The position numbers and the translations under genes are program-made. The notes beneath the pieces were generated by a model. The model searched no databases. It worked only from the letters and a program-made list of their open reading frames with translations, and was not told where the DNA came from. This document shows positions 9,457 through 19,305 of a DNA stretch of 64,000 bases, one piece after another. The first letter of the stretch is position 1, and each line of letters begins with the position of its first letter. This DNA comes from an uncultured bacterium (GTDB lineage Bacteria > Babelota > Babeliae > Babelales > JACPOV01), in assembly GCA_963744715.1 (NCBI GenBank), contig CAVUUR010000007.1, forward strand, positions 32,001 to 96,000. Reading direction: 5' to 3'.

Positions 9457-10032
9457 ATGCCTAACTATACACTAGATATCTTCAAAACTACTCCAATCCC
9501 ATATTCTTGGGCTACTTTGTACGTTGGAAGACAATTACACATACTTGACTGGAAACAGCTCGAACGTTACGCAATCGAATATTTAGAGCAAAATCCAGCT
9601 TGCAATGATCCTTCTATTTCTGAACTTGCATATGGCGTTAAAGAGATAGAATCTGATGAATTACTCGTCGCAATAGTTAGAAGCATCAATTCAACTATGG
9701 AAAAAGATGGCCCGATTTGGAATTTAGAAAAAAGAAAATGGCGCTATTGTTTATTACAAGAATTAAAATTCTTATTACCAGATCCATTTAATTTTTCTCA
9801 ACAATACCGTATAATTTACGCTGATTTTGGATATCCAGAGGATATGTGGGATTTTTTATATAAAATTTCGCCAGATGATAACTATACTGATTCCATCGAA
9901 AACAATATAAAAATTGATGAGAGAAAGCTGGATATATTTTTAGAAAAAGAGAAAAAGAAAATAAATGAAAAATCTCCAGATTGGCCTCTATCTGATTATT
10001 ATCCACCAATTGAGTCGCAATGCAAACTTTAA
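9457..10032 (+). CDS. DUF2247-like protein, orphan immunity candidate
   Basis: Start MPNYTLDIFKT as in paralog 51046-51579; motifs SW.T.YVG, RKWRY, YADFGYPEDM. Confidence 0.7.
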   Translation: MPNYTLDIFKTTPIPYSWATLYVGRQLHILDWKQLERYAIEYLEQNPACNDPSISELAYGVKEIESDELLVAIVRSINSTMEKDGPIWNLEKRKWRYCLLQELKFLLPDPFNFSQQYRIIYADFGYPEDMWDFLYKISPDDNYTDSIENNIKIDERKLDIFLEKEKKKINEKSPDWPLSDYYPPIESQCKL

Positions 10033-10380
10033 AATTAGTAAAAATTCAACGAAGCTATAGTGAATTTTTTACCAGCAACAGAAGAGCTATGGACACTTGG
10101 TGAATTTTTACTTGATTGTGGTAGAAACGTTGAAGATGTTAAAACAACTATTAAAAATTACGGAGATTATAATGCTCATCCTACTCTGGCTGATTTGCAA
10201 GGTAATACTATTGTTATTGACCATTAGTGTGCGACTTCTCCGGATTTTGTCATAAAGTATGACACCTGTATTAAATTTCTTGATCAATGGGAAACGCTAT
10301 ACGAAAAAAGACCGTCAGAAATTATTATTACTATGGATGATCAGCACGAACATTTTACCATTCGAGCAATTCCTCAATAA
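10020..10380 (+). pseudogene. Pseudogene paralog of 51587-51949
   Basis: Manual translation MQTLKLVK...[+1 frameshift in T run near 10065]...EELWTLGEFLLDCGRNVEDVKTTIKNYGDYNA...DH*(TAG 10225-10227, TGG in paralog)...FTIRAIPQ*. Confidence 0.85.
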
Positions 10381-10457
10381 ACATTTACGTAGTGATTTTC
10401 ACAACAATGATTTTGACTTCTTAAAGAGTACATGAATTATCGCGATACGTCGTACTA

Positions 10458-10491
10458 AATAAAAAAAGCACGGCTTTTTAAAGCCGTGCTT
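10458..10491 (-). terminator. Rho-independent terminator downstream of 10515-11117
   Basis: Inverted repeat aagcacggcttt/aaagccgtgctt followed by a T tract on the minus strand. Confidence 0.75.
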
Positions 10492-10514
10492 AATCAACTT
10501 AATTTTCAGTAAAA

Positions 10515-11117
10515 TTATTGTTGTTCTTTAGATGAGTATATTTGCTTATAAGCATTTTTGCCAAACCAATAAGTACCATATGCACAACCTGCGGCTGCAA
10601 AACCATACGCTGCAATACGACGAGATGACGCTGAAAGTTTTGTTAGGCATCCAGTTTTGTTAATTTGCCAGGCATTATGGGCATCTAACGAGCTATCTGC
10701 AAGGACATGCGCTATCTTCTTGCGAACTTGTAGATAATCTTCAATTTTTTTCATATTGGTATCTGATACACCAGATCCAAATGTTTGTTTTCCCTTAACA
10801 ATTAAAGCTATGTCTTTGATATGTTTTGCATAGCTACCTCTTAATGCTTGAGCTTCTTTAAGCGCAGCATTTGCCATTTTTTCCGCATTCTGGAGATCCA
10901 TAACATGACGTTGGACTTCTTTAAGTTCACGGTACGCAGGCGATCCAAAAAATGCTGTTCCTAATACAAATCCTATTGAACATGCACTATAAGCTGCAAA
11001 AGCCGTCGTGCGATTATCTAAATCATTGTTTTGATTATCTGCTTTTTCCCCAGTGGGAAAAACTGGCGCAAAAGCTATTAAGGTTGCTATTATAGTAGTT
11101 AATACAGAACGTTTCAT
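10515..11117 (-). CDS. Hypothetical exported protein with two hydrophobic segments
   Basis: ORF; MKRSVLTTIIATLIAFAPVF signal-like start preceded by AGGAG. Confidence 0.65.
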   Translation of the reverse strand: MKRSVLTTIIATLIAFAPVFPTGEKADNQNNDLDNRTTAFAAYSACSIGFVLGTAFFGSPAYRELKEVQRHVMDLQNAEKMANAALKEAQALRGSYAKHIKDIALIVKGKQTFGSGVSDTNMKKIEDYLQVRKKIAHVLADSSLDAHNAWQINKTGCLTKLSASSRRIAAYGFAAAGCAYGTYWFGKNAYKQIYSSKEQQ

Positions 11118-11309
11118 AAATAAATATCTCCTGCGCATTGTTTAAAAATAATCTTAACTGCATTCTAATCTAATAATACCTAGAAAATACTATTTATCAA
11201 TAAAAATATATTAATTTAATAGCATCACCCTAATCAGCTACATGCATTATGCAATGCGTACTAATAAAAAAAGCAACAATTCAAAAAGTTAAACTAACCC
11301 AATAATTAT

Positions 11310-11464
11310 TTATATCAATATCATAAGACCTATGCTCAATGGTATTGAAAAAATAGTACCCGTAGTGCCCTACGGCAATAGGATTTGGTGCTACCGTAAT
11401 AAGAGTATTACCCTTTTGTGATCCAGAAAAATAATGCTTCTACTTGCAGATAAAATACTCATAA
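11310..11464 (-). pseudogene. Degenerate copy of the 3' end of the beta-barrel gene 12510-13250
   Basis: Aligns to 12510-12664 at offset 1200, including the stop codon, with substitutions and small indels. Confidence 0.85.
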
Positions 11465-11598
11465 CAGAAAATTTCCTCATCATTAACAGCTGCAATCTTT
11501 GCTTATTTCGATTGTTTCATTATCCTTACTTTGCTAAAATATGAAAATCTAATTTTAAGTAATAACTTTTTTCTCCATAAAAAATTTTGGCTTGCATT

Positions 11599-12477
11599 AT
11601 GATCTATATTTTATGCATGTACGCCTTTTTGGCGATTACATTTATAGCTAGTAAGGATTTACTCAGCGTTATTAATCCCTTCTTGATGCTTTTTATACGC
11701 ATGGGTGCATGTAGTATTATATTTGGTATTTGCATACTGGCAAAACAATCTCGTGACCGATACCGATTAAATATTCACTATATTTTTTATCTTTTAATTT
11801 TAAGTTTTTTTAATATATATGCTGCCAATATCTTCCAACTTATTGGGTTACAATACATCGATCCAGTCAATGCAAGTTTATGGTATAATAGCACACCATT
11901 TGTTATTGCACTTTTTGATTTCTTGATATATAAGACAAAAATTAGTTCATTAAAAGCACTTTCACTTTGTATCGGGTGGATTGGCTTTTTTCCTCTTGTT
12001 TGGCAAGCACAACAATATAATGTTTTGCGTTTTTATCTCTATGGCGCAATTTTATTTTTATTATCGGCTTGCGCCATGGCACTGAGTGGCCTTCTTTTGG
12101 AAAAAAATAGAGAAATTTCTTTATACCCAATAAATTTAACTAATAGCTTGAGTATGGGAATTGGCTCAGTACTTGCTCTTATACATTACATTTTTTTTGA
12201 TCAACCAATAGATTATTCCTTATCTTTATCATTAAATAATTATACTATGCTTGCGCTCGTTATTGGCAGTACAGCACTATGTTCTACACTGTACATTTAT
12301 TTTGTAAGAAAACATAATGCGTTACTCGTTACCTTTGCTGGTTTTTCATTACCATTATTTTCAATTTTTTTTGAATTCGTACTGGGAGAAAAAATTGATA
12401 TAACGTTCCCAATGATTATTTCAGGAATTCTAATCACGCTCGCTCTATATCTTTTTACACGCAAGGTTTCTTATTAA
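11599..12477 (+). CDS. DMT/EamA family transporter
   Basis: About 10 TM helices; GLQYIDPVNASL...PF pattern; internal two-fold repeat. Confidence 0.85.
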   Translation: MIYILCMYAFLAITFIASKDLLSVINPFLMLFIRMGACSIIFGICILAKQSRDRYRLNIHYIFYLLILSFFNIYAANIFQLIGLQYIDPVNASLWYNSTPFVIALFDFLIYKTKISSLKALSLCIGWIGFFPLVWQAQQYNVLRFYLYGAILFLLSACAMALSGLLLEKNREISLYPINLTNSLSMGIGSVLALIHYIFFDQPIDYSLSLSLNNYTMLALVIGSTALCSTLYIYFVRKHNALLVTFAGFSLPLFSIFFEFVLGEKIDITFPMIISGILITLALYLFTRKVSY

Positions 12478-12509
12478 ATTGATTCAAAAATTCTATTTTT
12501 TGACCCTTT

Positions 12510-13250
12510 TTATATCAATATCATAAAACCTATACTCAACGGTACTGAAAAAATAGTACCCGTAGTGCCAACTACGGTAATAGGATTTGGTGCTACCGTA
12601 ATAATTGCATTACTTTTTTGTGGTCCTGAAAATAATGCCTCTGCCTGAAGATAAATACTCATAAACCGGCAAACTTGTATGTTAAATCCACCTTGTATGC
12701 TACCGCTAACGGCTGAGTTTCTTTTAAAAAAAGTAAAGATGGTCATCGTTGCAGGATCATTATTCGTTACCATAGTAGCAAGAACTCTGTTTCGACTTTG
12801 TACACCAAATTTTCCACCAATATAGGGCACAAACCACCGACAGTATAGATCCCCATAATAACGAATCCCTACATAAGCACCAAATGCTTGAAAATTAGAA
12901 AAATCCTGCGATACCATCACTTCTTGGCTAATAAATTCAATTTTCTTTCCCCGTGCACGCGTATAATTAAGATCGAGAAAAATATCTAGATTATCAGCTA
13001 TTTCATATCCTATGTCGCCCCCTATATACAACGGCGTATTAAATTGTTTACTGAATTGCGGAATTTTGATTTGGCTGCTCAAGCCTGCACTTCCTGATAC
13101 CTGAGAAAAGGTCAGTGTAGCGGTCCTACTTCCGTACCATGCTGGGTTAATACCTATTTTCGGACCAAAACTCCAAGGGCGATCGCAGGGACAATCTGCT
13201 TTCATACTAGTAACTACCATCAAAAAAACTAAAAAATATAATTTTTTCAT
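12510..13250 (-). CDS. Outer-membrane beta-barrel protein (OmpW/Opa-like size)
   Basis: Signal peptide MKKLYF...; amphipathic strands GGDIGYEI, YVGIRYY, PYIGGKFG. Confidence 0.65.
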   Translation of the reverse strand: MKKLYFLVFLMVVTSMKADCPCDRPWSFGPKIGINPAWYGSRTATLTFSQVSGSAGLSSQIKIPQFSKQFNTPLYIGGDIGYEIADNLDIFLDLNYTRARGKKIEFISQEVMVSQDFSNFQAFGAYVGIRYYGDLYCRWFVPYIGGKFGVQSRNRVLATMVTNNDPATMTIFTFFKRNSAVSGSIQGGFNIQVCRFMSIYLQAEALFSGPQKSNAIITVAPNPITVVGTTGTIFSVPLSIGFMILI

Positions 13251-13483
13251 TACGAAACCCTTTATATTTTTATACAAGTAACTGATTATGAAACATACAC
13301 TATAGTCCACCAATCATACTATAATTCTTATTGATTTATCAGATGTTATCTTTTTGGCAAACTATTTTTAACCATAGTTTTTTTGTAACTATTGGGCAAC
13401 CATTGCTAAATGCAAGGTTTATGGCAAACTAAGAGTGTAAAATAGTATTATTATGATATTCGTTAATGCGCAGGAGTTTTTTT

Positions 13484-14080
13484 ATGAAAAAAAGCGATTT
13501 AGAGCTTGTTCAACAATTACGTGAACGAACCGGTGTCGGTATGATGGATTGCAAAAATGCACTCATCGCGACTGAAGGAAATCTTGAAAAAGCGGTTGAT
13601 TTGCTTCGTAAAAAAGGCGCTGATATCGCCGCAAAACGAGGTTCAAATCAAACTGCAGAGGGACTCGTTCATGCCTATATTCATCCGGGAAGCCGCATCG
13701 GTGTATTGCTCGAAGTCAACTGCGAAACCGATTTTGTTGCTAACACCGATGACATGAAACGATTCGCTGCCGACGTTTGTTTGCATATTGCCGCTCTTAA
13801 GCCACTTTATTTAACCTCAGCTGACGTCGATCCTAAATTTTTGGAACATGAACATACTATCATGCGTGAGCAATTAGCGACTTCAGGAAAACCTGAAAAA
13901 ATCATAGAACAAATCATTCAAGGAAAAACAAAGAGTTTATATACCCAAATTTGTCTCTTGAATCAGCCTTTTGTTAAAAATGATCAGCTCACTATCGATG
14001 ATTTATTAAAAGAATTAATTGCGCGCGTTGGTGAAAATATAAAAATAAGCAGATTTGCACGTTTTGAAATTGGCACGTAA
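13484..14080 (+). CDS. tsf: Elongation factor Ts (short form)
   Basis: LRERTGVGMMDCK, EVNCETDFVA, RFARFEIG. Confidence 0.97.
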   Translation: MKKSDLELVQQLRERTGVGMMDCKNALIATEGNLEKAVDLLRKKGADIAAKRGSNQTAEGLVHAYIHPGSRIGVLLEVNCETDFVANTDDMKRFAADVCLHIAALKPLYLTSADVDPKFLEHEHTIMREQLATSGKPEKIIEQIIQGKTKSLYTQICLLNQPFVKNDQLTIDDLLKELIARVGENIKISRFARFEIGT

Positions 14081-14105
14081 CCATTAATGGTACCTACTGG
14101 CAAAT

Positions 14106-14822
14106 ATGAACTCGAAAAAAAATATCTTATTAAAAATAACGGGTGAATTGTTATTAGCTTCTGACAAACAATCGGAAAACAGTTTGCTCATTCGTTCTCT
14201 TGCGCAACAAATAAAAGCTTTGGCGAGCAGCCATTATTTTGCAATAGTTATTGGTGGCGGTAACTTTTTTAGAGGAAACAATCAAGGCAAGGCCTTAGGT
14301 ATTACATCAAACACGAGTCATTATGTTGGTATGTTTGCAACTATAATGAATGGTTTATTGATTACCGATATTTTTCAGCAAGAAGGTCTGATTACAACCT
14401 TATTATCTGCCTTATCGATCCCTGAAGTTGGCTTACCAATTTCTCCGCACACTATTGAATGTGCCATGCGCACTACCAACACTATAGTATTTGCCGGAGG
14501 CACCGGAAATCCTTTTTTTACTACTGATACCGCAGCCATATTAAGAGGATTACAAATAAAAGCAGATGAAGTTTGGAAAGGAACCATTGTTGATGCTATT
14601 TATGACGCAGATCCTAAAAAGGTATTGCATGCTCAACAAATCAAAAAAATTTCACATCAAGAGGTACTTAATAAGAATTTAGCATTTATGGATACAACAG
14701 CAATAACATTGGCGCAAGAACATTGCATGCCGATAAGAGTTTTTAATATTTTTCAACCAAACGCTCTTATTACGGCTGCATCTGATATATCATTTGGTAG
14801 TATCGTTATTACCAATTCATAG
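14106..14822 (+). CDS. pyrH: Uridylate kinase
   Basis: IVIGGGNFFRG, GGTGNPFFTTDTAA; position between tsf and frr. Confidence 0.95.
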   Translation: MNSKKNILLKITGELLLASDKQSENSLLIRSLAQQIKALASSHYFAIVIGGGNFFRGNNQGKALGITSNTSHYVGMFATIMNGLLITDIFQQEGLITTLLSALSIPEVGLPISPHTIECAMRTTNTIVFAGGTGNPFFTTDTAAILRGLQIKADEVWKGTIVDAIYDADPKKVLHAQQIKKISHQEVLNKNLAFMDTTAITLAQEHCMPIRVFNIFQPNALITAASDISFGSIVITNS

Positions 14823-14854
14823 TAAAAAAAATAATTTTTTTTAAAGGATCGATT

Positions 14855-15438
14855 ATGGCAGAACTAAAATTAACCGATCAAAATATTAAAGATTTTGAAA
14901 AAGCGATGAACCAAGAAATGGATAAACCGCTTAAACATTTTGAACGGGAATTAATTACCATTAGAACCGGACGTGCTCACCCCGCACTCGTGGAAGATAT
15001 AAAAGTAAATTGTTATGGCTCAATAATGAAAATTCGTGAGCTAGCTTCCATTACAACACCTGAAGCACGATTAATTGTTATTCAGCCATGGGATACGGCA
15101 GTAATTGGTGAAATAGAAAAAACCGTTACCAATTCAGAGCTTGGTGTAACACCGGTCAATGATGGTGCATTAATTAGAATTGTTTTACCAGAAATGTCTA
15201 GCGCTCGCCGCGAAGAATTAAGTAAAATTTTGAACAAAAAATTAGAAGATGCTCGCGTTAGTATACGAAACGTTCGAAAAGATTTTCATAATTTAGTGCG
15301 TGATTCGCAAAAATCAAAAGCAATATCTGAGGATCATGCACGCAGACTCGTGATCTTTTACAAAAAATAACTGATACCTTCATTGAAAAAGTAGAAGCAT
15401 TGGCAGAAAAAAAAGAAAAAGAAATTAGAACGGTATAA
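14855..15438 (+). CDS. frr: Ribosome recycling factor (apparent frameshift near 15350)
   Basis: IRTGRAHP, IQPWD; the expected end DLLQKITDTFIEKVEALAEKKEKEIRTV* is in another frame, ending 15438. Confidence 0.93.
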
Positions 15439-15487
15439 TTGACGTTTAAACGCTACCGTATTATTCTAAAACACAATACATTCTTAC

Positions 15488-15515
15488 TTGATGATCAAAA
15501 AAAATATGATAGTAT
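15488..15515 (+). promoter_or_regulatory. Possible sigma70 promoter for the tRNA-tig operon
   Basis: TTGATG-16 nt-TAGTAT with extended TG, just upstream of tRNA-Lys. Confidence 0.35.
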
Positions 15516-15528
15516 AAGAATTTACGTA

Positions 15529-15604
15529 GGGCCGCTAGCTCAATTGGTAGAGCAACAGACTCTTAATCTGCAGGTTCTTGGTTCGATTCCAAGGCGGCCC
15601 ACCA
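15529..15604 (+). tRNA. tRNA-Lys(CTT)
   Basis: Acceptor gggccgc/gcggccc, D arm tagctcaattggtagagc, anticodon loop ctCTTaa, GGTTCGATTCC, encoded CCA. Confidence 0.95.
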
Positions 15605-15616
15605 GAAACTTTGTGT

Positions 15617-15703
15617 GCAAGAGTGGCGGAATTGGTAGACGCACTGGACTTAGGATCCAGTTCCCGAAAGGGAATGGGGGTTCGAGTCCCTTCTCTTGCA
15701 CCA
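15617..15703 (+). tRNA. tRNA-Leu(TAG)
   Basis: Acceptor gcaagag/ctcttgc, anticodon arm ctgga-ctTAGga-tccag, long variable arm, GGTTCGAGTCC, encoded CCA. Confidence 0.95.
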
Positions 15704-15726
15704 TCTTAAAAAGGAGAGAGCAAGTG

Positions 15727-17025
15727 ATGACTATCAATGAAGGTTCTTTACAATTTTCTACCAATCAGGTGAATCAACATTTTTGTTATGCCACCATTAC
15801 GGTGCCCAATATGTACGTTCGTACCATATATGAAGAAGCCGCATTAGCACAAAAACAGTCTGTTAGCACGTATGGCTTTTCACGCGGCACAACGCCGTTG
15901 GGATATATAAAAAATCATTATAAAATTAATTTACTTGAACACGTTAAAGAGTTTTTATTCAAATATTTTGTTATTAGTTTTTTATATAATCAGATACAGG
16001 AACATAAACTTTATTTAGCTGGCGAACCTAATTTACACGAAGTTATCGTGGATCCGGAACATGACGCCGTGTTTATTTTTGAACTTTCATTGGCAACACC
16101 AATCGATTTTCGTGAATGGAAAAATTTTGTATTCAAAGCACCTAAACGAAAAAATTATAAAGATATTGATCGCCAAGTTGAGCTTTTCGTTATGGAAGAA
16201 GAGGAATATGTAAAGAATCCATTAGAAACGATACAAGTTGGTGATTGGGTGTGTTTTGATATGTTCCTCATGGCTGAAAACAATAAACCGGTATTTGGTT
16301 CATATAAAGAAAATGTCTGGATCAAAATTGGCAATGAAGAAGCAGATGTTCCATTTCAAGAACTTTTTGTTGGTAAAAAAGCTGGCGATTCTTTTTCTTC
16401 TCAACATCATTGTCTACAAGAATATTTCAGCAATCAACTCGATACACGTTATTTTTTTGGCATTATAATTCAAGAGACTATTCCTCAAATATATTTTTCA
16501 TTTGAACACTTCAAACATCATTTTCGATTAAAAACGAATAAAGATGTCCATCAAAAATTAATTGAAGTATTTTCTTATCGCAACGATCTGTCTCAACGAC
16601 GAAGCATGGTTGAGGAAGCGCTAAAATTATTACTATCAAAACATCATGTTGAGGTTCCTAATTATTTAGTATTACGCCAACAAAAATTAGTGTTAGAATC
16701 GGTGCAACATAATCCTGATTATAATGTGTATAAAACTCAAAATAATTTTAAAGATACTATTAAACAGTTAGCCGCAAAACAAGCAAAAGAAATTATATTT
16801 ATTGATCAACTAGCCCATAATGAAAATCTTAAAGTGTCTAATCTTGATATTAAAAGCTATCTTAATCTCATTAAACGAGCACGCACTAAAGAATTTATTT
16901 ATTTCAATCAACCTCCGACAAAAATTCAGGGGCAAGAAATGCCACTCCCCGGAGAAGTATTAAAAAAATCATGCTTGCGAGAAAAAACATTAAATCATGT
17001 TATTTATCATTTAACAAGGAAATAA
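15727..17025 (+). CDS. tig: Trigger factor (divergent)
   Basis: Ribosome-binding-like GFSRGTTP, FKBP-like IQVGDWVCFD, size about 430 aa, follows tRNA-Leu; start moved downstream of the tRNAs (AGGAG RBS). Confidence 0.75.
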   Translation: MTINEGSLQFSTNQVNQHFCYATITVPNMYVRTIYEEAALAQKQSVSTYGFSRGTTPLGYIKNHYKINLLEHVKEFLFKYFVISFLYNQIQEHKLYLAGEPNLHEVIVDPEHDAVFIFELSLATPIDFREWKNFVFKAPKRKNYKDIDRQVELFVMEEEEYVKNPLETIQVGDWVCFDMFLMAENNKPVFGSYKENVWIKIGNEEADVPFQELFVGKKAGDSFSSQHHCLQEYFSNQLDTRYFFGIIIQETIPQIYFSFEHFKHHFRLKTNKDVHQKLIEVFSYRNDLSQRRSMVEEALKLLLSKHHVEVPNYLVLRQQKLVLESVQHNPDYNVYKTQNNFKDTIKQLAAKQAKEIIFIDQLAHNENLKVSNLDIKSYLNLIKRARTKEFIYFNQPPTKIQGQEMPLPGEVLKKSCLREKTLNHVIYHLTRK

Positions 17026-17027
17026 CC

Positions 17028-17957
17028 ATGAATGATTCAACGCGTAAACTCATTATTCTTGGTTCTGGCCCTGCAGGCTTAACGGCCGGTATTTATGCCG
17101 CTCGGGCAAATTTACAACCTATTATCTTTGAGGGATCAACGCCCGGTGGGCAACTCATGAGTACCTCGTATGTTGATAACTGGCCCGGAGAAAAACATAT
17201 TTTGGGCCCTACGTTAATGAGCAACATGCGTGAACATGCAAAAGAAACTGGTTGTACCATAATTTCGCAAACCGTAACCTGCGTGGATTTTTCTAAAAAA
17301 CCGTTCATCATTACAACAAAGGAAGATTCCTATACCGCCCATGCTGTTATTCTTGCCATGGGAGCAACACCAAAACGTTTGCAGTGCCCGGGAGAAGATG
17401 ACTATTGGGGCAAAGGGGTTACGAGCTGTGCGGTATGTGATGGCCCTTTGTATAAAGATAAGAAAGTTGTTATTGTTGGCGGCGGGGATACTGCCATGGA
17501 AGATGCCTCATTTATGACCTGTTACACCAACGATATTACTATTATACACATTCAAGACCGGTTAACAGCATCGGCCGCAATGCAAAAACCAATTTTGCAG
17601 AATAAACAGATAAAAATTATCTATAGCAGTACCGTAACGAGCATTCAAGGAAACAAATCGCATATTACTGAGATTTCGGTAACGAATCAAAAGACGCATG
17701 AAACAACACCATTAAAAACTGATGTCCTCTTTGTCGCTATTGGATTAACACCAAATACCAGTATCTTAAAGCAATCCATACGCTTAAATAATTACGGATA
17801 TATTCAAATAGAAAAAAATACAAACACCTCTATTCCTGGTATATTCGCTGCTGGAGATATCGCTGATGATCGTTACCGCCAAGCCATTACTTCTGCAGGA
17901 ACCGGGTGTATGGCTGCTTTGGATGCAGAACGCTACCTAAAAGATTTATCTTTGTAA
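17028..17957 (+). CDS. trxB: Thioredoxin reductase
   Basis: GSGPAG, CAVCDG, GGGDTA, FAAGD...QAITSAG. Confidence 0.97.
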   Translation: MNDSTRKLIILGSGPAGLTAGIYAARANLQPIIFEGSTPGGQLMSTSYVDNWPGEKHILGPTLMSNMREHAKETGCTIISQTVTCVDFSKKPFIITTKEDSYTAHAVILAMGATPKRLQCPGEDDYWGKGVTSCAVCDGPLYKDKKVVIVGGGDTAMEDASFMTCYTNDITIIHIQDRLTASAAMQKPILQNKQIKIIYSSTVTSIQGNKSHITEISVTNQKTHETTPLKTDVLFVAIGLTPNTSILKQSIRLNNYGYIQIEKNTNTSIPGIFAAGDIADDRYRQAITSAGTGCMAALDAERYLKDLSL

Positions 17958-18045
17958 GACAACTATTTGAAAAAAATCTTTTTTAGTTTTACAATAAGTA
18001 GATCTAGAGTTTTTATTATTAGTGAGCATTGTATAAGGAATCATC

Positions 18046-18186
18046 ATGTCGGTTACCTATAAACCAAGTCGTATAAAAAGAAGCAGAAAACACGGATTTC
18101 GTAAACGTATGGCTACCCATGACGGACGTAAAATTATTAATCGCCGCCGCGCTAAGGGGCGAAAGCGTTTAACCGTTTGTGCATAA
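18046..18186 (+). CDS. rpmH: 50S ribosomal protein L34 (not in the ORF track)
   Basis: Manual translation [46 protein letters not shown]. Confidence 0.97.
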   Translation: MSVTYKPSRIKRSRKHGFRKRMATHDGRKIINRRRAKGRKRLTVCA

Positions 18187-18523
18187 CCATGCTCAAAAGC
18201 CCTATACCTTAATTTTTAGATTTTCCAAAAAAGAAGCTGCCGATCTCTTTGAACGTGCGCGCATACAGCAACGACGTAACGGGCTTGAAATTCGTACTGC
18301 ACCCAAAACTGGTACGTTAGCCCGTTTGCTTATCGTTATAGGCAGAAAGGCAGGAAATGCACCTCAGCGCAATTTAATGCGCCGCCGCCTAAAAAACATT
18401 TTTTATCAGCAAGCACTCTATAATGGAAAACTGGATGGCATTATTCTTGTTTACCATGAAGCAATTTTATTATCATTTCAAGAGTTGACGGCCCGAATGC
18501 TTAAGGTGTTTAGTGATACTTAA
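18179..18523 (+). CDS. rnpA: Ribonuclease P protein component (start uncertain)
   Basis: [20 protein letters not shown]-like motif; follows rpmH. Confidence 0.9.
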   Translation: MHNHAQKPYTLIFRFSKKEAADLFERARIQQRRNGLEIRTAPKTGTLARLLIVIGRKAGNAPQRNLMRRRLKNIFYQQALYNGKLDGIILVYHEAILLSFQELTARMLKVFSDT

Positions 18524-18707
18524 TACGCTCTGTATTCTACTTATTAAAACAATTCGTCCACTACTAGGCCCTGCTTGCTGTAAATTTTACATTTCATGTA
18601 CTACCTATGCAATAATGCAATTCGATGAAAAACCATTTCTACCGGCACTCTGGTCTACCGTTAAACGAGTTTTTTCATGTAATCCATTTTCCAGGAATAT
18701 TGAGTGA
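18513..18707 (+). CDS. yidD: Membrane protein insertion efficiency factor
   Basis: PLLGPACCKFYISCTTYA...KRVFSCNPF; follows rnpA. Confidence 0.85.
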   Translation: MILNTLCILLIKTIRPLLGPACCKFYISCTTYAIMQFDEKPFLPALWSTVKRVFSCNPFSRNIE

Positions 18708-19273
18708 AAGTGTATGCAATCGTTGCTCATGATCAGAAACATTCGTTAACGCAGCATATTTTCAACAATATTACTACCGTTATGGCTGAGCAACCTGGTA
18801 TTTTTGTTGAGCCTCTTGATTTGTATGATCATGCTGAACATATTCCATTTTATACGCACAATAAAGCCACCTTGCAGGCAAATCCCTTTTTTAAACAAAA
18901 TAAAGAGAATTTCATGACGGCTGACCGTTTATTATTGGTATTTCCGACCTATTGGTATAGCACGCCGGGAATTTTAAAATGTTGGATTGATCTCATTACA
19001 TCATATGCGTGGCACTATAATGGCAATCGTTATGCACAACCTCTTCATCGAATCAAAAAAATATTAATTATACCACTAACGATGACATCCTGGTGGCAGA
19101 ATACCTTTATTTTTGGCAATCCGGTCAATCAACAACTAAAACACACGTTCAAATTTATGGGGATACCAAGCATTACTTTTTATACCATTGATCGTGCACA
19201 AGCGATGACTCCCCTTCTTTTTGAACGCCATCTGGCTAAAATCAGAAAAATAAGTAAAAACTTTTTATCGTAA
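18704..19273 (+). CDS. NAD(P)H-dependent oxidoreductase, flavodoxin-2 fold
   Basis: ADRLLLVFPTYWYSTPGILKCWID. Confidence 0.88.
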   Translation: MKVYAIVAHDQKHSLTQHIFNNITTVMAEQPGIFVEPLDLYDHAEHIPFYTHNKATLQANPFFKQNKENFMTADRLLLVFPTYWYSTPGILKCWIDLITSYAWHYNGNRYAQPLHRIKKILIIPLTMTSWWQNTFIFGNPVNQQLKHTFKFMGIPSITFYTIDRAQAMTPLLFERHLAKIRKISKNFLS

Positions 19274-19305
19274 ATTTTCAAAAAATCGAATCCTCAATCT
19301 ATGGA

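Noticed and set aside
10225..10227. TAG as recoded or read-through codon
   Set aside because: Single TGG>TAG change in a gene that also has a frameshift; TAG ends normal genes elsewhere in the window
15439..15726. N-terminal extension of tig and antisense ORF 15540-15764
   Set aside because: Both run through two clear tRNA genes
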